Part shown: positions 18,589 through 29,470 of the stretch, one piece after another
Position numbering within the stretch: the stretch's first letter is position 1
Layout: each line of letters starts with the position of its first letter
Source of the DNA: a virus
Taxonomy: Duplodnaviria > Caudoviricetes
Virus record (IMG/VR): IMGVR_UViG_2595698339_000001
Span: 1-64,000 of that record
DNA length: 64,000 bases
Reading direction: 5' to 3' (one strand)
Translations under genes and position numbers: made by a program
The notes under the pieces: model-generated
Told to the model about the DNA's origin: nothing
What the model saw: the letters and a program-made list of their open reading frames with translations, nothing else
The model's database searches: none

Positions 18589-20250
18589 ATGGGGGCGGAG
18601 CTGGCGAAGGAATACATCGACGCATGGATTTCCTACGTCAGCCCAGCCGGTCAGGTGTTCTACCTGGCCGGTCCCCAGGCTCCCGTCGCGGGAGCGCAGA
18701 ACGGCTTTGTCCTCCAAGAGATTCGGGGCGTTCAAGCCCCTATCACCCACCTGACGAGCAAGGGTGCTCGCCAAGACGGCGACACCTGGAACGACTCCAT
18801 CTATGAATCCGCCGAGCTCGACTTCACTGTTGAGGCATCCGGCGTCACCACCCAGGACACCCGACGCGAGGTTCGCAGCTGGGTGGACGCCTGGAGCCCC
18901 AAGAAGCTGGGCAAGTTCTCCTGGTTCACCCCGGAGAACGGTGAGTGGTGGATGGATGTCCGCCAGCACAAGAACGTGCCGGATGTCCTCTCCCACGTCC
19001 GCAGCAAGCGTCAGGTCTTCACCTGGACCGCGGTCAACAACGACGCCTTCTGGAAGTCCTTCGACTCGGTCAGCGCCTTCGGTATGACCTACGAGGACGA
19101 GACCGACGAGTTCGACCGGGTCGACCACACCGGCCTGGGCGACGGGTACATCCAGACCTACACGGGCGACGAGGACGCAGGCGTCTGCGGCACCGATGGC
19201 ACCGTAATGCGTTGGTACCCGGGAAGTTCCAAGGGCACCCGCTACGTGCATAACCTGTTCATCGCGGACAAGCCCTCCTCCGACAACGTCATCGTCTCCT
19301 TCACCTACAGCGGTATCCAGCGCTTCCCGTTCCCCGCACCCGCGGTCAACGAGCTCTGGGCGCGCTGCGGCGTGGTCGATGACGGCGAGGGTGGGCAAGC
19401 CTGGGACGGCAGCGGCATCCGTATGCAGCTGGTCGGCCAGAACGTCTCCATCTCGGTCTTCAAGGACCACGAGATGATCCACACATGGATCAGGCCGTTG
19501 CTGATCGCCCCGCTGTGGGGTGAGAAGTGGACGCTGGTGTGCGGCTCCGCCAAGAACGGCCGCCAGTACCGCGTGCTGCGCGGTGACCCCGGCTTCGAGG
19601 TGCTGTCCTACACCGAGCCCAAGACCGAGTCCTACATGGACGAAGACCATCGCTACACCGGGCACGGCATGAAGGCCACCGCGGGCCTGCTCAACACGCA
19701 GGTGCTCCCCGCGGAAATCCACCGCTTCTCCTTCGCCGACAACCTCCAGGCCGGTCAGTCCGGGCACTTGGCGCTGTCGAACCGCGGAGACCAGGACGGG
19801 TGGCCGCGCTACCTCTGCTACGGACCCGGCACCTTCAAGTTCAGCAATGGACCCGGCGCCGAGCCCACGATCACGTTCGGACCCCTCCTGGAGGGCCAGG
19901 TCGTCATGCTCACCACGCTGCCCCGGCTGCGCTCGGTGATCGACTTGTCGCCCAATCAGCCCACAGAGCAACAGCTCTCGGCATTCCAGGACCTCATCAA
20001 GGACCTGATCAGCTTCGCCACGAACAACAACGTCCCGCCGCTCCTGCAGCAGTTTGAAAGCTGGTTCGGCATCCTGCCCCCGCAAGGCAACCTGTACGAG
20101 CTCCTGGATGGGAGGTTCACCGTGCCAATCCCGCCGAAGCCGGAAGACGGCCCGCCTGAGACCTCGTTCATCTCGGTGTCCATCTCAGGCGCGACCATCG
20201 ACAGCAAGGTGGTCGCCGCCCTAACTCCGCTGCGAAAGTGGCCCGAGTAG
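18589..20250 (+). CDS. minor tail protein (distal tail-like)
   Basis: Position after TMP; GARQDG motif. Confidence 0.85.
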   Translation: MGAELAKEYIDAWISYVSPAGQVFYLAGPQAPVAGAQNGFVLQEIRGVQAPITHLTSKGARQDGDTWNDSIYESAELDFTVEASGVTTQDTRREVRSWVDAWSPKKLGKFSWFTPENGEWWMDVRQHKNVPDVLSHVRSKRQVFTWTAVNNDAFWKSFDSVSAFGMTYEDETDEFDRVDHTGLGDGYIQTYTGDEDAGVCGTDGTVMRWYPGSSKGTRYVHNLFIADKPSSDNVIVSFTYSGIQRFPFPAPAVNELWARCGVVDDGEGGQAWDGSGIRMQLVGQNVSISVFKDHEMIHTWIRPLLIAPLWGEKWTLVCGSAKNGRQYRVLRGDPGFEVLSYTEPKTESYMDEDHRYTGHGMKATAGLLNTQVLPAEIHRFSFADNLQAGQSGHLALSNRGDQDGWPRYLCYGPGTFKFSNGPGAEPTITFGPLLEGQVVMLTTLPRLRSVIDLSPNQPTEQQLSAFQDLIKDLISFATNNNVPPLLQQFESWFGILPPQGNLYELLDGRFTVPIPPKPEDGPPETSFISVSISGATIDSKVVAALTPLRKWPE

Positions 20251-21917
20251 GGTACGAAGACCCGGCAAATCTCCACGCACGCCTCCGCGCAGACCCGTAC
20301 AACGCAGCAACCGCCGCACAAATGGCGGCGCTGGCGCAGATCAATCCGCCAGATGACACTGTCGTCACCTTCTATGGGAAGACGTACGGGATCGCGGGGG
20401 TGTCCTCGGACTACATCGAGGTCACCGCGGAGTTCCCACGCAATGCGGTAGAGACCGCGACAATCGTCCTCAAGCACTCGGACCCCATGGTCCCGCACGT
20501 CATGAAGTGCTACGAAGAGGTTGTCCCGGTCACTATCGAAATCGGGGCCATGCGATGGTCCGGTCGGGTCGACACATTCGATTATGCAATGAAGGACGGT
20601 GAATACACCGTCACACTCCAGTGCGTAGGCGACTACAACTGGTTTAACAAGATTCTCGTTTGGCCGAACTGGCTATTGCCAATTCAGGTACAAATTCCCT
20701 CACGGGCCGTGTTTATCGGTCCCGCCATCACTTGCCTCAAAACTATGATTGGCGAACAGTGCCTACGCCTGCAATTGGGCATGTGGGAACTGGTCAACAA
20801 TCTCGGCTCTGGAAACCTCGACTGGCAAGCCTGGTTCGGCACCGCGCTGATGAGCGACGGCAATCCGCTGGACACGCTCATGACGCCCATTGTGGTGGTC
20901 CCCACTAATCCGCTATTCGACACATCCCCGTGGATTTCGATTAACGGCCGAATGGACAGCGTCGCCACTCTGGCGGAGCAGACCCTAAAGGACCTCGGTC
21001 TGCATCTCACGGCCAGCCTGTGGCTCCCTGGCGACCCCCAGCCCAAGGGCCTCCTGTTCCCGCTGAAGAAGGCGACCATCGTCGTGGACGTGGTCGACCG
21101 CAGCGGCGTCACGGGTCCTACCGGCACGTTCATCGACGGTCTGATCAAGGACGTCGTGGACTTGCAGGAGAGCGTCCTGGGCAAGGTGCTGGCGCCGTTC
21201 CTCAACCCCGGCAATGCCTACGCCCCCGAGGGTGTGAACATCGCCCCGACTCTTGGCGTGAACTTCGTGAAGCCATGGGCGCTATTCGTTGACCACCCGC
21301 GCGGTGGCCTCACCGAATTCCACCTAAATGGCCATCACCCATTGGCTCATACCATTATCGGTGGCGGTAAATCACCTAAGTGGCTAAATGATTTGATAAA
21401 TGCGACAATGTCCTTTTTTGTCGACATTATTCAAATTGTTATTGGCATAACCGGCGTTCCAAGCGGCATTTTCGATGGCACATTCGATGACATTCTGCTG
21501 GCCTTCCAGCTGATCGAGAACTTCGACCGTCGCAAGAAACTCGGACCCTTCGGGTACCCCGAGTATTTCGTGCAGACCGGCGCCTCCGCATACACCTTGG
21601 ACGAATGGTTCGCCCTTCGCTCGGGCATGTGGGACACGCGCGGTTATCACAGCGTCCAGCTCACCTTCGAGAATGGCTACCCGTACACCATCGGGAAGGA
21701 CCTCTTCGTCGGCGGCCTGGCGTCCTTTGCGATGCTCGACAAGCTCTACACCGACTACGTCGAGAAGGTCGTCTTCAAGGACAGCGCGAGCGCGCGCAAC
21801 CAAGTCCAAGTGTTCATCGGCGATGGCAAGGCGCAGGAATCCCCTGTGGCCAAGTTGCAGCGCCGCATCACCGGCTTCCAGGAATTCGTGCAAATCGTCA
21901 CGATGAGCAACCACTAA
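20238..21917 (+). CDS. minor tail protein
   Basis: RWSGRV, IGGGKSP motifs typical of mycobacteriophage tail proteins. Confidence 0.85.
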   Translation: MARVGYEDPANLHARLRADPYNAATAAQMAALAQINPPDDTVVTFYGKTYGIAGVSSDYIEVTAEFPRNAVETATIVLKHSDPMVPHVMKCYEEVVPVTIEIGAMRWSGRVDTFDYAMKDGEYTVTLQCVGDYNWFNKILVWPNWLLPIQVQIPSRAVFIGPAITCLKTMIGEQCLRLQLGMWELVNNLGSGNLDWQAWFGTALMSDGNPLDTLMTPIVVVPTNPLFDTSPWISINGRMDSVATLAEQTLKDLGLHLTASLWLPGDPQPKGLLFPLKKATIVVDVVDRSGVTGPTGTFIDGLIKDVVDLQESVLGKVLAPFLNPGNAYAPEGVNIAPTLGVNFVKPWALFVDHPRGGLTEFHLNGHHPLAHTIIGGGKSPKWLNDLINATMSFFVDIIQIVIGITGVPSGIFDGTFDDILLAFQLIENFDRRKKLGPFGYPEYFVQTGASAYTLDEWFALRSGMWDTRGYHSVQLTFENGYPYTIGKDLFVGGLASFAMLDKLYTDYVEKVVFKDSASARNQVQVFIGDGKAQESPVAKLQRRITGFQEFVQIVTMSNH

Positions 21918-21925
21918 GGAATCAG

Positions 21926-22759
21926 TTGTCTATCTCAATGGACGGCAACGACCTGATCTGGGACGGGGAAGTTCGCATCACGAACTTCACCCGTTCCGAG
22001 ACGGGTGTTGTCACTCTCGTGCTCACTCCGCGTGGCGGCGTGGGCGCCCTGCCCGTCATGGCGCAGGGTGAGCCCGGTAAGCCCCCGGTGATCGACAGCG
22101 TCGAGGTCGGTGAAATCCCCCACGGCGAGGACCTCCCCGACGTCGAGTGGACGCTGGTGACCCCGGCCGCGGACGGCAACCCTCCGCACTACACCCTGAA
22201 GTTCTACGTCCACGCGGGTGAGAAGGGTGAGAACGGCGACAACGCCACCATCATCGGCGCCTCGGACGTATCGGGAACTCCCGCAGACGGATTCATCCTC
22301 CAGTACGACGAGGCCACCCAGAAGATGGTCTGGGTCGCCAGCCGCATCAACGGCCTGTACGTGCCCACTTCCTTCTCCACGGACACCGCGGGCAGCGCCG
22401 CGCGCAAGCAGATCGCCTACGTCCGCATCCCCGGCACCGACCAGCCCAAGGAGTGGCGCCCCCTGGTGTGGGCACAGACCCAGAACACCGGCACGGCCGC
22501 CACTCGGGTGAACCTCGAGTGTCGCATTGACGACCCCACCACGGGGCCTGTCGTGGGCCGCTACTACGGCATCGCCGGGGCGACCCCGCCTCCGATGATC
22601 CTCATCCCCGCGTTCGACAGCGCCACCACCAAGGTCACCAAGAGCTCCACCTACACGGACATCTTCCTGGTGGCCGTTCAGGTGGAACCCGTTGGCGACA
22701 ACTGGGTTTGGAACCCGGAGCGCACCACATTCACGGTCAAAGTCGACCAGATCAAATAA
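21926..22759 (+). CDS. minor tail protein
   Basis: TAAGGA RBS before TTG; short collagen-like GEPG/GEKGENG. Confidence 0.8.
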   Translation: MSISMDGNDLIWDGEVRITNFTRSETGVVTLVLTPRGGVGALPVMAQGEPGKPPVIDSVEVGEIPHGEDLPDVEWTLVTPAADGNPPHYTLKFYVHAGEKGENGDNATIIGASDVSGTPADGFILQYDEATQKMVWVASRINGLYVPTSFSTDTAGSAARKQIAYVRIPGTDQPKEWRPLVWAQTQNTGTAATRVNLECRIDDPTTGPVVGRYYGIAGATPPPMILIPAFDSATTKVTKSSTYTDIFLVAVQVEPVGDNWVWNPERTTFTVKVDQIK

Positions 22760-22775
22760 CTGAACAGGGGGAGTC

Positions 22776-25172
22776 ATGACATATCCGGTTACCCCGGACC
22801 CGTCAATCCACAACGTCCCCGCCCGCAATCGCGCGCAGGACCAGCAGCAGATCATCAACCAGCTGCGAACCCTGTTCCTAGCCCTCCCCAAAGCCATCCT
22901 GAGCCAGGTCGTTGCCTTCATCAAGCAGACGACGGGCATCGACCTCTCAGGGTTGCTCAACTTCCTGGAGGGCGTGTTCGGCGGCATCAATCTGCTCAAC
23001 CCCCCGAGTCCCGCGGAGATTTGGCGTGGCGTCGTTCAGACGCTCATCCAGCCCCTCAACCTTCTCATCGGGCCGAATTCGCTTCTGGGCCACCTCTTCC
23101 GGCAGCTTCAGGCGCCCGAGGTGGTCAACCTCCTGCCCGCCTCCACGTTCGCCAGTGGCTCCATTACCGACAACACGCTGTTCACCGTCGACCTCGGCCA
23201 CTCCCGCAGTTCTGATGGGTCGGGCGCCGCCAAGGTCATCGCAGACGGGGAACTCAAGACGATAACCAGCGGCACCAACCCGCAGGACGTCATCGTGATT
23301 GCCCCCGGCACCACCGTCTCTGGCACAGTGTTCGTCAGCCACGAGGGCTACGAGGGCACGGGGGTGGCCATCCGCCTCCTCCTGGTCCCGTTCGCCGACG
23401 ACGGCGAGCCGGGTGAGCCCATCGAGCTGGCCTCCTACGCGCCCGCCTCCGCGGACATGGAGTGGCCCGGATTCGAGCTGACCGGGTCCGAGACGCTGCC
23501 CGAGGAAGTCGTCGGAGTGCAGCTCCGCATCGAGGTGACCGAGGAAGCCACCGCAGGCACCTTCTACCTCGATGACGCGAAAGTCGTTCAGTCAGGCAAG
23601 ATTCAGCCCAGCTGGATCAGCGGCCTGACGGACACGATTGACGACATCCGCGGACGCATCCAGGCCATGCTCGACACAATCGTCAACACGCTGCGCGGCG
23701 CCGGATCGGGCGTGCTCAACACGTTCGCCGACCTGGTAGACGTCCTCAAGAACATCAACCCAGCCAACATCCTCGGGTGGTTCGGCGCGGCTACCATCCC
23801 CGAAGCGTTCCAGAACTTCCTGGACGCCATTGTCGGTGGCGCCGTGGGCCAGCAAGGTTCCGGCGCCAGCCTGGCGGACGCCTTCAACGTGTTCCTCAAG
23901 ATCGCGTCGGACGCCGCCAAGGGCCTGTTCTCCTGGGACCTACTCGGCGTGCGCACCAACAAGCCGATCAACCGCGGCCTGATCAAGTCGGAGCGCTCCA
24001 ACTTCAACTTCTCGGAGATCACCGACTGGCTCGAAGTCACGCAAGAGAATTCACTCATCGCGGTGGACAACATCGAGGAGTCGATGCCACTGGGTGTCAT
24101 CTCCTGGATTGGCTACGGCACCGTGGGCCTGACCGCGTTCTACGTGAACGTCTACCAGGTGCTGGAAAACGGCGACTTCGAGCTGGTCCACCACTCGCCC
24201 AACATTGTTGACCGGCTGTCCGGCAACGAGGCGCCGGGAGAGTTCCAGCGCTACGAGCTGGATGAGGCCCTACCAATCGAGATCACCGAGGCATACGCCT
24301 ACGAGCTGGTGCCCGTGGGTGGCTCGCACTGGGTGCGCGGCATCATCTCGAAGATTCCCTTCGACCCGAAGACGACTCTCGTCTCCTTGGCCGCATCCCG
24401 CGACAACACCGCGGACCCCGACAACCCGCCCGAGCTGATCGCCAAGCTCGACATCACCCGCTCATTCAACGTGCCATGGGTCGGCATCGCAGTCGACACC
24501 GGCAACGGGGGAGATCACCACGACCCGCAGCGCATCGCGCTCGCTGGCGCCACGGAAATTCCCATGCCCGCATGGGCCAACGCGGTCGACCTCATCGGCG
24601 TCGGCGGCGCGGGCGGCGGCCGCCAAGGCTCCCTCACCAGCAATGGCGAGGGCGGCGACCCCGGCAAGTGGGCAGCTGCCACCCTTCTGCGCGGCGTCGA
24701 CTTCGACGGACCCGTCATCATCCAGTTCACCCCCGGCGACGGGGGCTCTGGCGGCACAGGCGTCGGCGGCAAGGGTGGCGACACGGTCTTCACCCTTGGC
24801 GACAACACGGTGACCGCAGAGGGCGGCGCGGGCGGCACCTCGCTCAGCCTCCTTGGCACCTCGGTTGGCCGCGGACCCGTCCCGCTGGAGTACAACGGCG
24901 AGACCTACGTAGCTGGCGCGGACCAGAAGGTATTCAGTGGCCCCGGTCAGGCCCCTGGCGGCGCTGGCAACGGCGGCGACCGCTTCTTCAACAACGGCGG
25001 CCATGGCGCCCGCGGCGGCGGTTGGGTGCGCTTCTACAAGGTTGAGTCGCCCGATGAGACGACTCCGCCTGAGCCTATCGACACCACGCCACCGACCCCT
25101 CCCGAGACGGTGATCGTCAACACCACCTACTCGGTCATCACGGTGCGAGCGGAAGGAGGTACGGACGAATGA
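22776..25172 (+). CDS. minor tail protein with Gly-rich C-terminal domain
   Basis: Carbohydrate-binding-like middle region, Gly-rich end. Confidence 0.85.
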   Translation: MTYPVTPDPSIHNVPARNRAQDQQQIINQLRTLFLALPKAILSQVVAFIKQTTGIDLSGLLNFLEGVFGGINLLNPPSPAEIWRGVVQTLIQPLNLLIGPNSLLGHLFRQLQAPEVVNLLPASTFASGSITDNTLFTVDLGHSRSSDGSGAAKVIADGELKTITSGTNPQDVIVIAPGTTVSGTVFVSHEGYEGTGVAIRLLLVPFADDGEPGEPIELASYAPASADMEWPGFELTGSETLPEEVVGVQLRIEVTEEATAGTFYLDDAKVVQSGKIQPSWISGLTDTIDDIRGRIQAMLDTIVNTLRGAGSGVLNTFADLVDVLKNINPANILGWFGAATIPEAFQNFLDAIVGGAVGQQGSGASLADAFNVFLKIASDAAKGLFSWDLLGVRTNKPINRGLIKSERSNFNFSEITDWLEVTQENSLIAVDNIEESMPLGVISWIGYGTVGLTAFYVNVYQVLENGDFELVHHSPNIVDRLSGNEAPGEFQRYELDEALPIEITEAYAYELVPVGGSHWVRGIISKIPFDPKTTLVSLAASRDNTADPDNPPELIAKLDITRSFNVPWVGIAVDTGNGGDHHDPQRIALAGATEIPMPAWANAVDLIGVGGAGGGRQGSLTSNGEGGDPGKWAAATLLRGVDFDGPVIIQFTPGDGGSGGTGVGGKGGDTVFTLGDNTVTAEGGAGGTSLSLLGTSVGRGPVPLEYNGETYVAGADQKVFSGPGQAPGGAGNGGDRFFNNGGHGARGGGWVRFYKVESPDETTPPEPIDTTPPTPPETVIVNTTYSVITVRAEGGTDE

Positions 25173-28009
25173 TCGTCGCGTACAACGTATATGACGCGGA
25201 CACCAACCTGAAGCTGAACGAGCAGCCCATCCCCATCACAGAAACGTGGGACTGGGTTGGTCGCTCAGCGGGGACGCCGTACCGGATCTACACCACCAAC
25301 GTGGATGCGGCCGGATGGGAGTCTGAACCAGGCCCCGTCAAGGAGGTGTCCACCAAGGAGTTCGTCCCCACCGAAGGCCCCATGCCCTCTGACCTCACCT
25401 CCGTCATTGACGAGATCGTGGCGGAGGGTATGGCCACAGGGGCGGGGCCAGGCGTTGGCCTGTATGTGACATCGCCGCAGGGCTACTACCTGAAGACCTA
25501 CGGCATCTCCACCACAGGCGTGCCGCTGACCCCGGACATGCACTTCCGCATCGGTTCGGCCACTAAGCCGTTCACGGCCACCGCGGTGCTCATGGCAATC
25601 CAGGACGGGCTCATCTCGCTGGAAGACACCATCGACCAGTTCGACACCCCGGAGTTCAAGCTCAGCGACATCGACCGGGCCAACGAGATCAAGATTCGTC
25701 ACCTGATGATGATGCGGTCGGGCGTCTTCAATGAGCAGCGAGACCTGACGTTCATGCTCAACTTCGCCCTGTTCCCGAAGTCGGGATTCTCCGACCAATC
25801 CTGGTTCAACGTTCTCAAGAGCCATAAGCTGGTTCGTGACCCGGGAACCGAATTCGAGTACGTCAACGGCAACTGGTTCCTCATCAGTCTGATCCTGAAG
25901 GCGGTGCGCGGCAAGCACATTCGACAAATCCTCTACGACGATATCATCAACCCGCTGGGTCTGACGGAAACGTCCTGGCCCGCCACGGCGGCGATGCCCG
26001 CCCCCTACGCGGTGGGGCATGACGGACTCCTCGGCGGCATCACCACCGAGACTCATCCGACGTGGCCGCACTGCGCCGGGTCGATTGTGTCGACGCTGAC
26101 CGACCTGCATAAGTGGTGTGGGCACATGCGAGACGCCACGCTACTGACCCCCGAAATGGAGCAGCTGCGCGACTCGATGTTCTGCCCCATCCCATCGGGA
26201 AGCCCCTTCGCGCCGCCAGAGTACGGCTACGGCCTGGCCTGGTACGACTATGGCGACTGGAAGGGTCATGCCGGATCGTGGGTGGGCTACGAGTGCTCAC
26301 CGATGTACCACAAGGAATCCGGCACGATCATCGTCTGCTACGAGAACTCGCAGAGTACCGGCACCAACGGCGTTGGCGTCCAGACGTTCTCGCAGATTTT
26401 CCCGCAGATCGCCGAACTCCTTGTCCCGGGCTCTATGCCGGTCAAGGAGTACGCCTCGTGCGCCATCTCATCTGACCCGTTCCTCGGTAAGCCCGCCCCG
26501 GCCAACCTCGGCTACAAGGGCGTGTCCACTCCCATTACCGGGCTCGGCGGTGGTTCTGTCAACTTCACCGCGGCGGCCAACGCTGACGTCTTCGGCTTCG
26601 TTACCTGGGACCGCAGTGGGCCGGTCCCCACCGCCACCTATGGCGGCGAGGACATGGAGCGCATTGCCGTTGAGTATCACAGCGGCGACTCGGCATACGG
26701 TGGTCAGGCCCTCTTCCGAATTCCCAACGCGGGAACGGGGGAGGCGAAGTCGTTCAAGGTGTCTGGCAGCGGCTACGGATGGCACACCGCCTACGCGGTC
26801 GCCTTCGAGTCCGTGGTCGGCGTCGAGGGACCTACAACCAACTCTGGTCTTGGCACCGTCCACTCGCACCCGGTGGAGGCAAGCTCATCCGGGCTCGTCC
26901 TGCAAGCGTTCTCGGCGGGCTACGGGTACTCCAACATCGACACGATCACAGGCGCGCGCTACCGGGCGAAGTACACCGGCGTCGCGCCCCTCCTGGCCGT
27001 GAACACCACCAATCTCACGGGCGACATCTCGACTATCTCCTCCAGGGATAACCGCTGGGCGTCCATCGCGGTGAACATCACCGTGGCGCACGACATCGAG
27101 GTCACACCGCCCCCATTCGAGCTGACCCTCAACGGCGGAACCCCGGTGATCGAAATGGACGTGGCCAACAAGGTCATCACCCCCGCAGGGTTTGACCTCG
27201 GCATGATCATGGGCGAGCCCAGCGGACAGAAGATCACCCCCGAGTCGACACCGCTGACCCTGACCTGGGGCACGCCTCAGATCGAGGTCGCACCGTCCTT
27301 CATCCCGTTCACTGACGTCAATATCGAACACACCGACGAGCCGGTACCGGCAGGCACCACAGGCGCCTGGGTCACCCTCGGTGGCGCTGGCGGCGGCGGC
27401 GGCTCTGGTCGCCGATCCAACTCCGGTTACCGATACGGCGGCGGCGGTGGTGGTGGTGGCGCCTACGTGGACCGCATCTTCGTCCCCGTCGAGCTCATGG
27501 GCTCCACCTATTCGGTGACGCGCGGCAGCGGCGGCAGCGGCGGCGCTAAGGTGCTCACTTCTGGAGATGGGCGCGGCGGCGCCAACGGTGGCGCATCCGT
27601 CTTCTCATCCGGCAGCGTCGTCATTACCGCGAACGGTGGCGGACATGGCTCGGGCGGCACCAGCTCGTCCAGTAGCGGCACGCGGGGCCTCGGCGGCACG
27701 GCAACGGCTGTGGGCATCACTGGCGTCACTGCGTCACTGCTCTCTGGAGCCAACGGCGGCAACGGCGGCAGTAGTCCTACCAGCGGTGGCAGCAAGACCG
27801 ACGGCGCTGGCGCTGGCGGTCGAGGCGGTGGCGGCAAGAAGTCCAACGACAAAACCTTCAACGGCGGCAACAACGGGACCAGCGACGGCCCCGCGGGCAA
27901 CGGCGGCGGCGGATCGAGCGGCGGCAGCGGCACCGGCACTGACGCAGGTGACGGTGGCGATGGCTACACCAAGATCGAATGGTCCAACCTTCCGAACGGA
28001 GGTGTATAA
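25169..28009 (+). CDS. minor tail protein with serine beta-lactamase/D-Ala-D-Ala carboxypeptidase domain
   Basis: FRIGSATK (SxxK), YVN (YxN), GHAG motifs; Gly-rich C-terminus. Confidence 0.9.
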   Translation: MIVAYNVYDADTNLKLNEQPIPITETWDWVGRSAGTPYRIYTTNVDAAGWESEPGPVKEVSTKEFVPTEGPMPSDLTSVIDEIVAEGMATGAGPGVGLYVTSPQGYYLKTYGISTTGVPLTPDMHFRIGSATKPFTATAVLMAIQDGLISLEDTIDQFDTPEFKLSDIDRANEIKIRHLMMMRSGVFNEQRDLTFMLNFALFPKSGFSDQSWFNVLKSHKLVRDPGTEFEYVNGNWFLISLILKAVRGKHIRQILYDDIINPLGLTETSWPATAAMPAPYAVGHDGLLGGITTETHPTWPHCAGSIVSTLTDLHKWCGHMRDATLLTPEMEQLRDSMFCPIPSGSPFAPPEYGYGLAWYDYGDWKGHAGSWVGYECSPMYHKESGTIIVCYENSQSTGTNGVGVQTFSQIFPQIAELLVPGSMPVKEYASCAISSDPFLGKPAPANLGYKGVSTPITGLGGGSVNFTAAANADVFGFVTWDRSGPVPTATYGGEDMERIAVEYHSGDSAYGGQALFRIPNAGTGEAKSFKVSGSGYGWHTAYAVAFESVVGVEGPTTNSGLGTVHSHPVEASSSGLVLQAFSAGYGYSNIDTITGARYRAKYTGVAPLLAVNTTNLTGDISTISSRDNRWASIAVNITVAHDIEVTPPPFELTLNGGTPVIEMDVANKVITPAGFDLGMIMGEPSGQKITPESTPLTLTWGTPQIEVAPSFIPFTDVNIEHTDEPVPAGTTGAWVTLGGAGGGGGSGRRSNSGYRYGGGGGGGGAYVDRIFVPVELMGSTYSVTRGSGGSGGAKVLTSGDGRGGANGGASVFSSGSVVITANGGGHGSGGTSSSSSGTRGLGGTATAVGITGVTASLLSGANGGNGGSSPTSGGSKTDGAGAGGRGGGGKKSNDKTFNGGNNGTSDGPAGNGGGGSSGGSGTGTDAGDGGDGYTKIEWSNLPNGGV

Positions 28010-28972
28010 ATGGCTGCAGGCTGGTGGGTTGAGAAGGTCGTCAAGCCCCAACCCAAGCAGCTGACCCTCACCATGGGGACGCCCATCGTGACGCAGACGA
28101 ACGATGTCCTCGTCACCCCGGCGCCGATGCACTTCGACCTTGACTGGGGAACCCCAGTCAATGGCCTGGCGGTCACCCCGGCTCCCGCGGAGATGGAGCT
28201 CGCGTGGGGCACTCCCGTTGTAACGCAAGGGATTAACATCAACCCGCCCGGGGCTGGGCTCACACTCACCCCGGGCACCCCCGCGGTCATCTCCACGGCA
28301 AACCAGTTCATCAAGCCCGCAGGCAAGGACCTTGCATTCAGCTGGGGGGTCCCAGTGGTGACGACCAAGCCTAAGCCAGCCTTCGGGTCTATTAGCTCGC
28401 TAGTCGGCGGAACTATCGGACCCACGGTCGGTCTCAACGCACCCGCGGGCGCTGACGTGTTCGCGCTGGTCGCATGGGACCGCTCAGTGACCGGCGTAAC
28501 TGGCATCACCTACGACGGTGTCGCCATGGAGTTCGTGGCCCAGCTCAATCACAACAACACGCCAGCGAACGGCAGCCTCGTCATATACCGACTGGCAGGC
28601 GCAGGCACGGGCTCCACGGAGACCTTCTCGGTATCGTCATCGGGCTCTTCCTGGTACATCCTCGGTGGAATCTCCTACACGAACGTAGGCGCCATCGGAA
28701 CGCCGGTGACGACATACGGAGTTGGTGACACAGCATCCCAAGCGCTCACAATTCCGTCGAACGGCGTTGCCTTGCAGGTGGTTTCATCAGGTAGGGGGAG
28801 CGCCTCAGTCGGCGAGTACACCTCGTTTTCCGGGGTGACCAACCACGCGCATAACAGGATTAACGGCGCGGTAACGATGGCAATCAACACGGTTTCCGCG
28901 TCAGGCGTGGCGACCTCAACGGCCACGTCAACGACCAACCCCTGGGCGGCCATCACAATCCCTCTCACGTAA
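28010..28972 (+). CDS. minor tail protein
   Basis: Repeated TP...WGTP motifs; C-terminal domain similar to part of the upstream gene. Confidence 0.8.
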   Translation: MAAGWWVEKVVKPQPKQLTLTMGTPIVTQTNDVLVTPAPMHFDLDWGTPVNGLAVTPAPAEMELAWGTPVVTQGININPPGAGLTLTPGTPAVISTANQFIKPAGKDLAFSWGVPVVTTKPKPAFGSISSLVGGTIGPTVGLNAPAGADVFALVAWDRSVTGVTGITYDGVAMEFVAQLNHNNTPANGSLVIYRLAGAGTGSTETFSVSSSGSSWYILGGISYTNVGAIGTPVTTYGVGDTASQALTIPSNGVALQVVSSGRGSASVGEYTSFSGVTNHAHNRINGAVTMAINTVSASGVATSTATSTTNPWAAITIPLT

Positions 28973-28986
28973 CCCCTCCGCATCCG

Positions 28987-29017
28987 AAAGGCCCCTCGAA
29001 ATCCGAGGGGCCTTTGT
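28987..29017. terminator. intrinsic terminator, possibly bidirectional
   Basis: Perfect 12-bp stem aaaggcccctcg/cgaggggccttt. Confidence 0.75.
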
Positions 29018-29041
29018 CATACCCATGGAAAGGAACATCCA

Positions 29042-29470
29042 ATGGCCGCTGGTCCATGGACTCCCGTCAACTCCACTCGCACCAACCTCCTCAACGGCAC
29101 CTTCGACCTCGACAGCGACTCGTTCAAGGTCGCCCTGGTCACCTCGTCTGGCAACATCAGCGCCTCCACCACCGCGTGGTCTGGCGTCACTGGCGAGGTC
29201 GCCTCGGGCAACGGCTACACCACGGGCGGCGAGTCAGTCACCCTGTCCCTCACGGGGACCACCTCGGTGGCTGTCACGTTCGCATCCAACCCGGTGTGGA
29301 CGGCTTCCGGCTCGGGCATCGCCGCCAAGTGGGCAGTGATCTACGAGGTGGGCGGCAACGTGCTGGCCTACGCTCTGCTGAACTCTGATGGCTCGACGTC
29401 GACCACGACCGATGGCAACACGCTAACGGTCAACAGCTCTGGGGCGAACTACATCTTCACCCTGGCGTAG
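29042..29470 (+). CDS. minor tail/structural protein
   Basis: DSDSFKVAL, EVASGNGYTTGG, IFTL motifs; GAAAGGA RBS. Confidence 0.8.
   Translation: MAAGPWTPVNSTRTNLLNGTFDLDSDSFKVALVTSSGNISASTTAWSGVTGEVASGNGYTTGGESVTLSLTGTTSVAVTFASNPVWTASGSGIAAKWAVIYEVGGNVLAYALLNSDGSTSTTTDGNTLTVNSSGANYIFTLA

Noticed and set aside
20560-21500. Lower-GC patches inside a minor tail gene (also 4261-4440 in terminase) as mobile insertions
   Set aside because: Reading frames and protein motifs are uninterrupted and there are no terminal repeats; at most allele exchange
25380-26430. Beta-lactamase domain as an antibiotic-resistance gene
   Set aside because: Embedded in a virion tail protein without a signal peptide; cell-wall hydrolysis is the more parsimonious role
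27380-27965. GGC-rich repeats as a tandem repeat array or PE-PGRS gene
   Set aside because: Simply encode the Gly-rich domain typical of mycobacteriophage minor tail proteins
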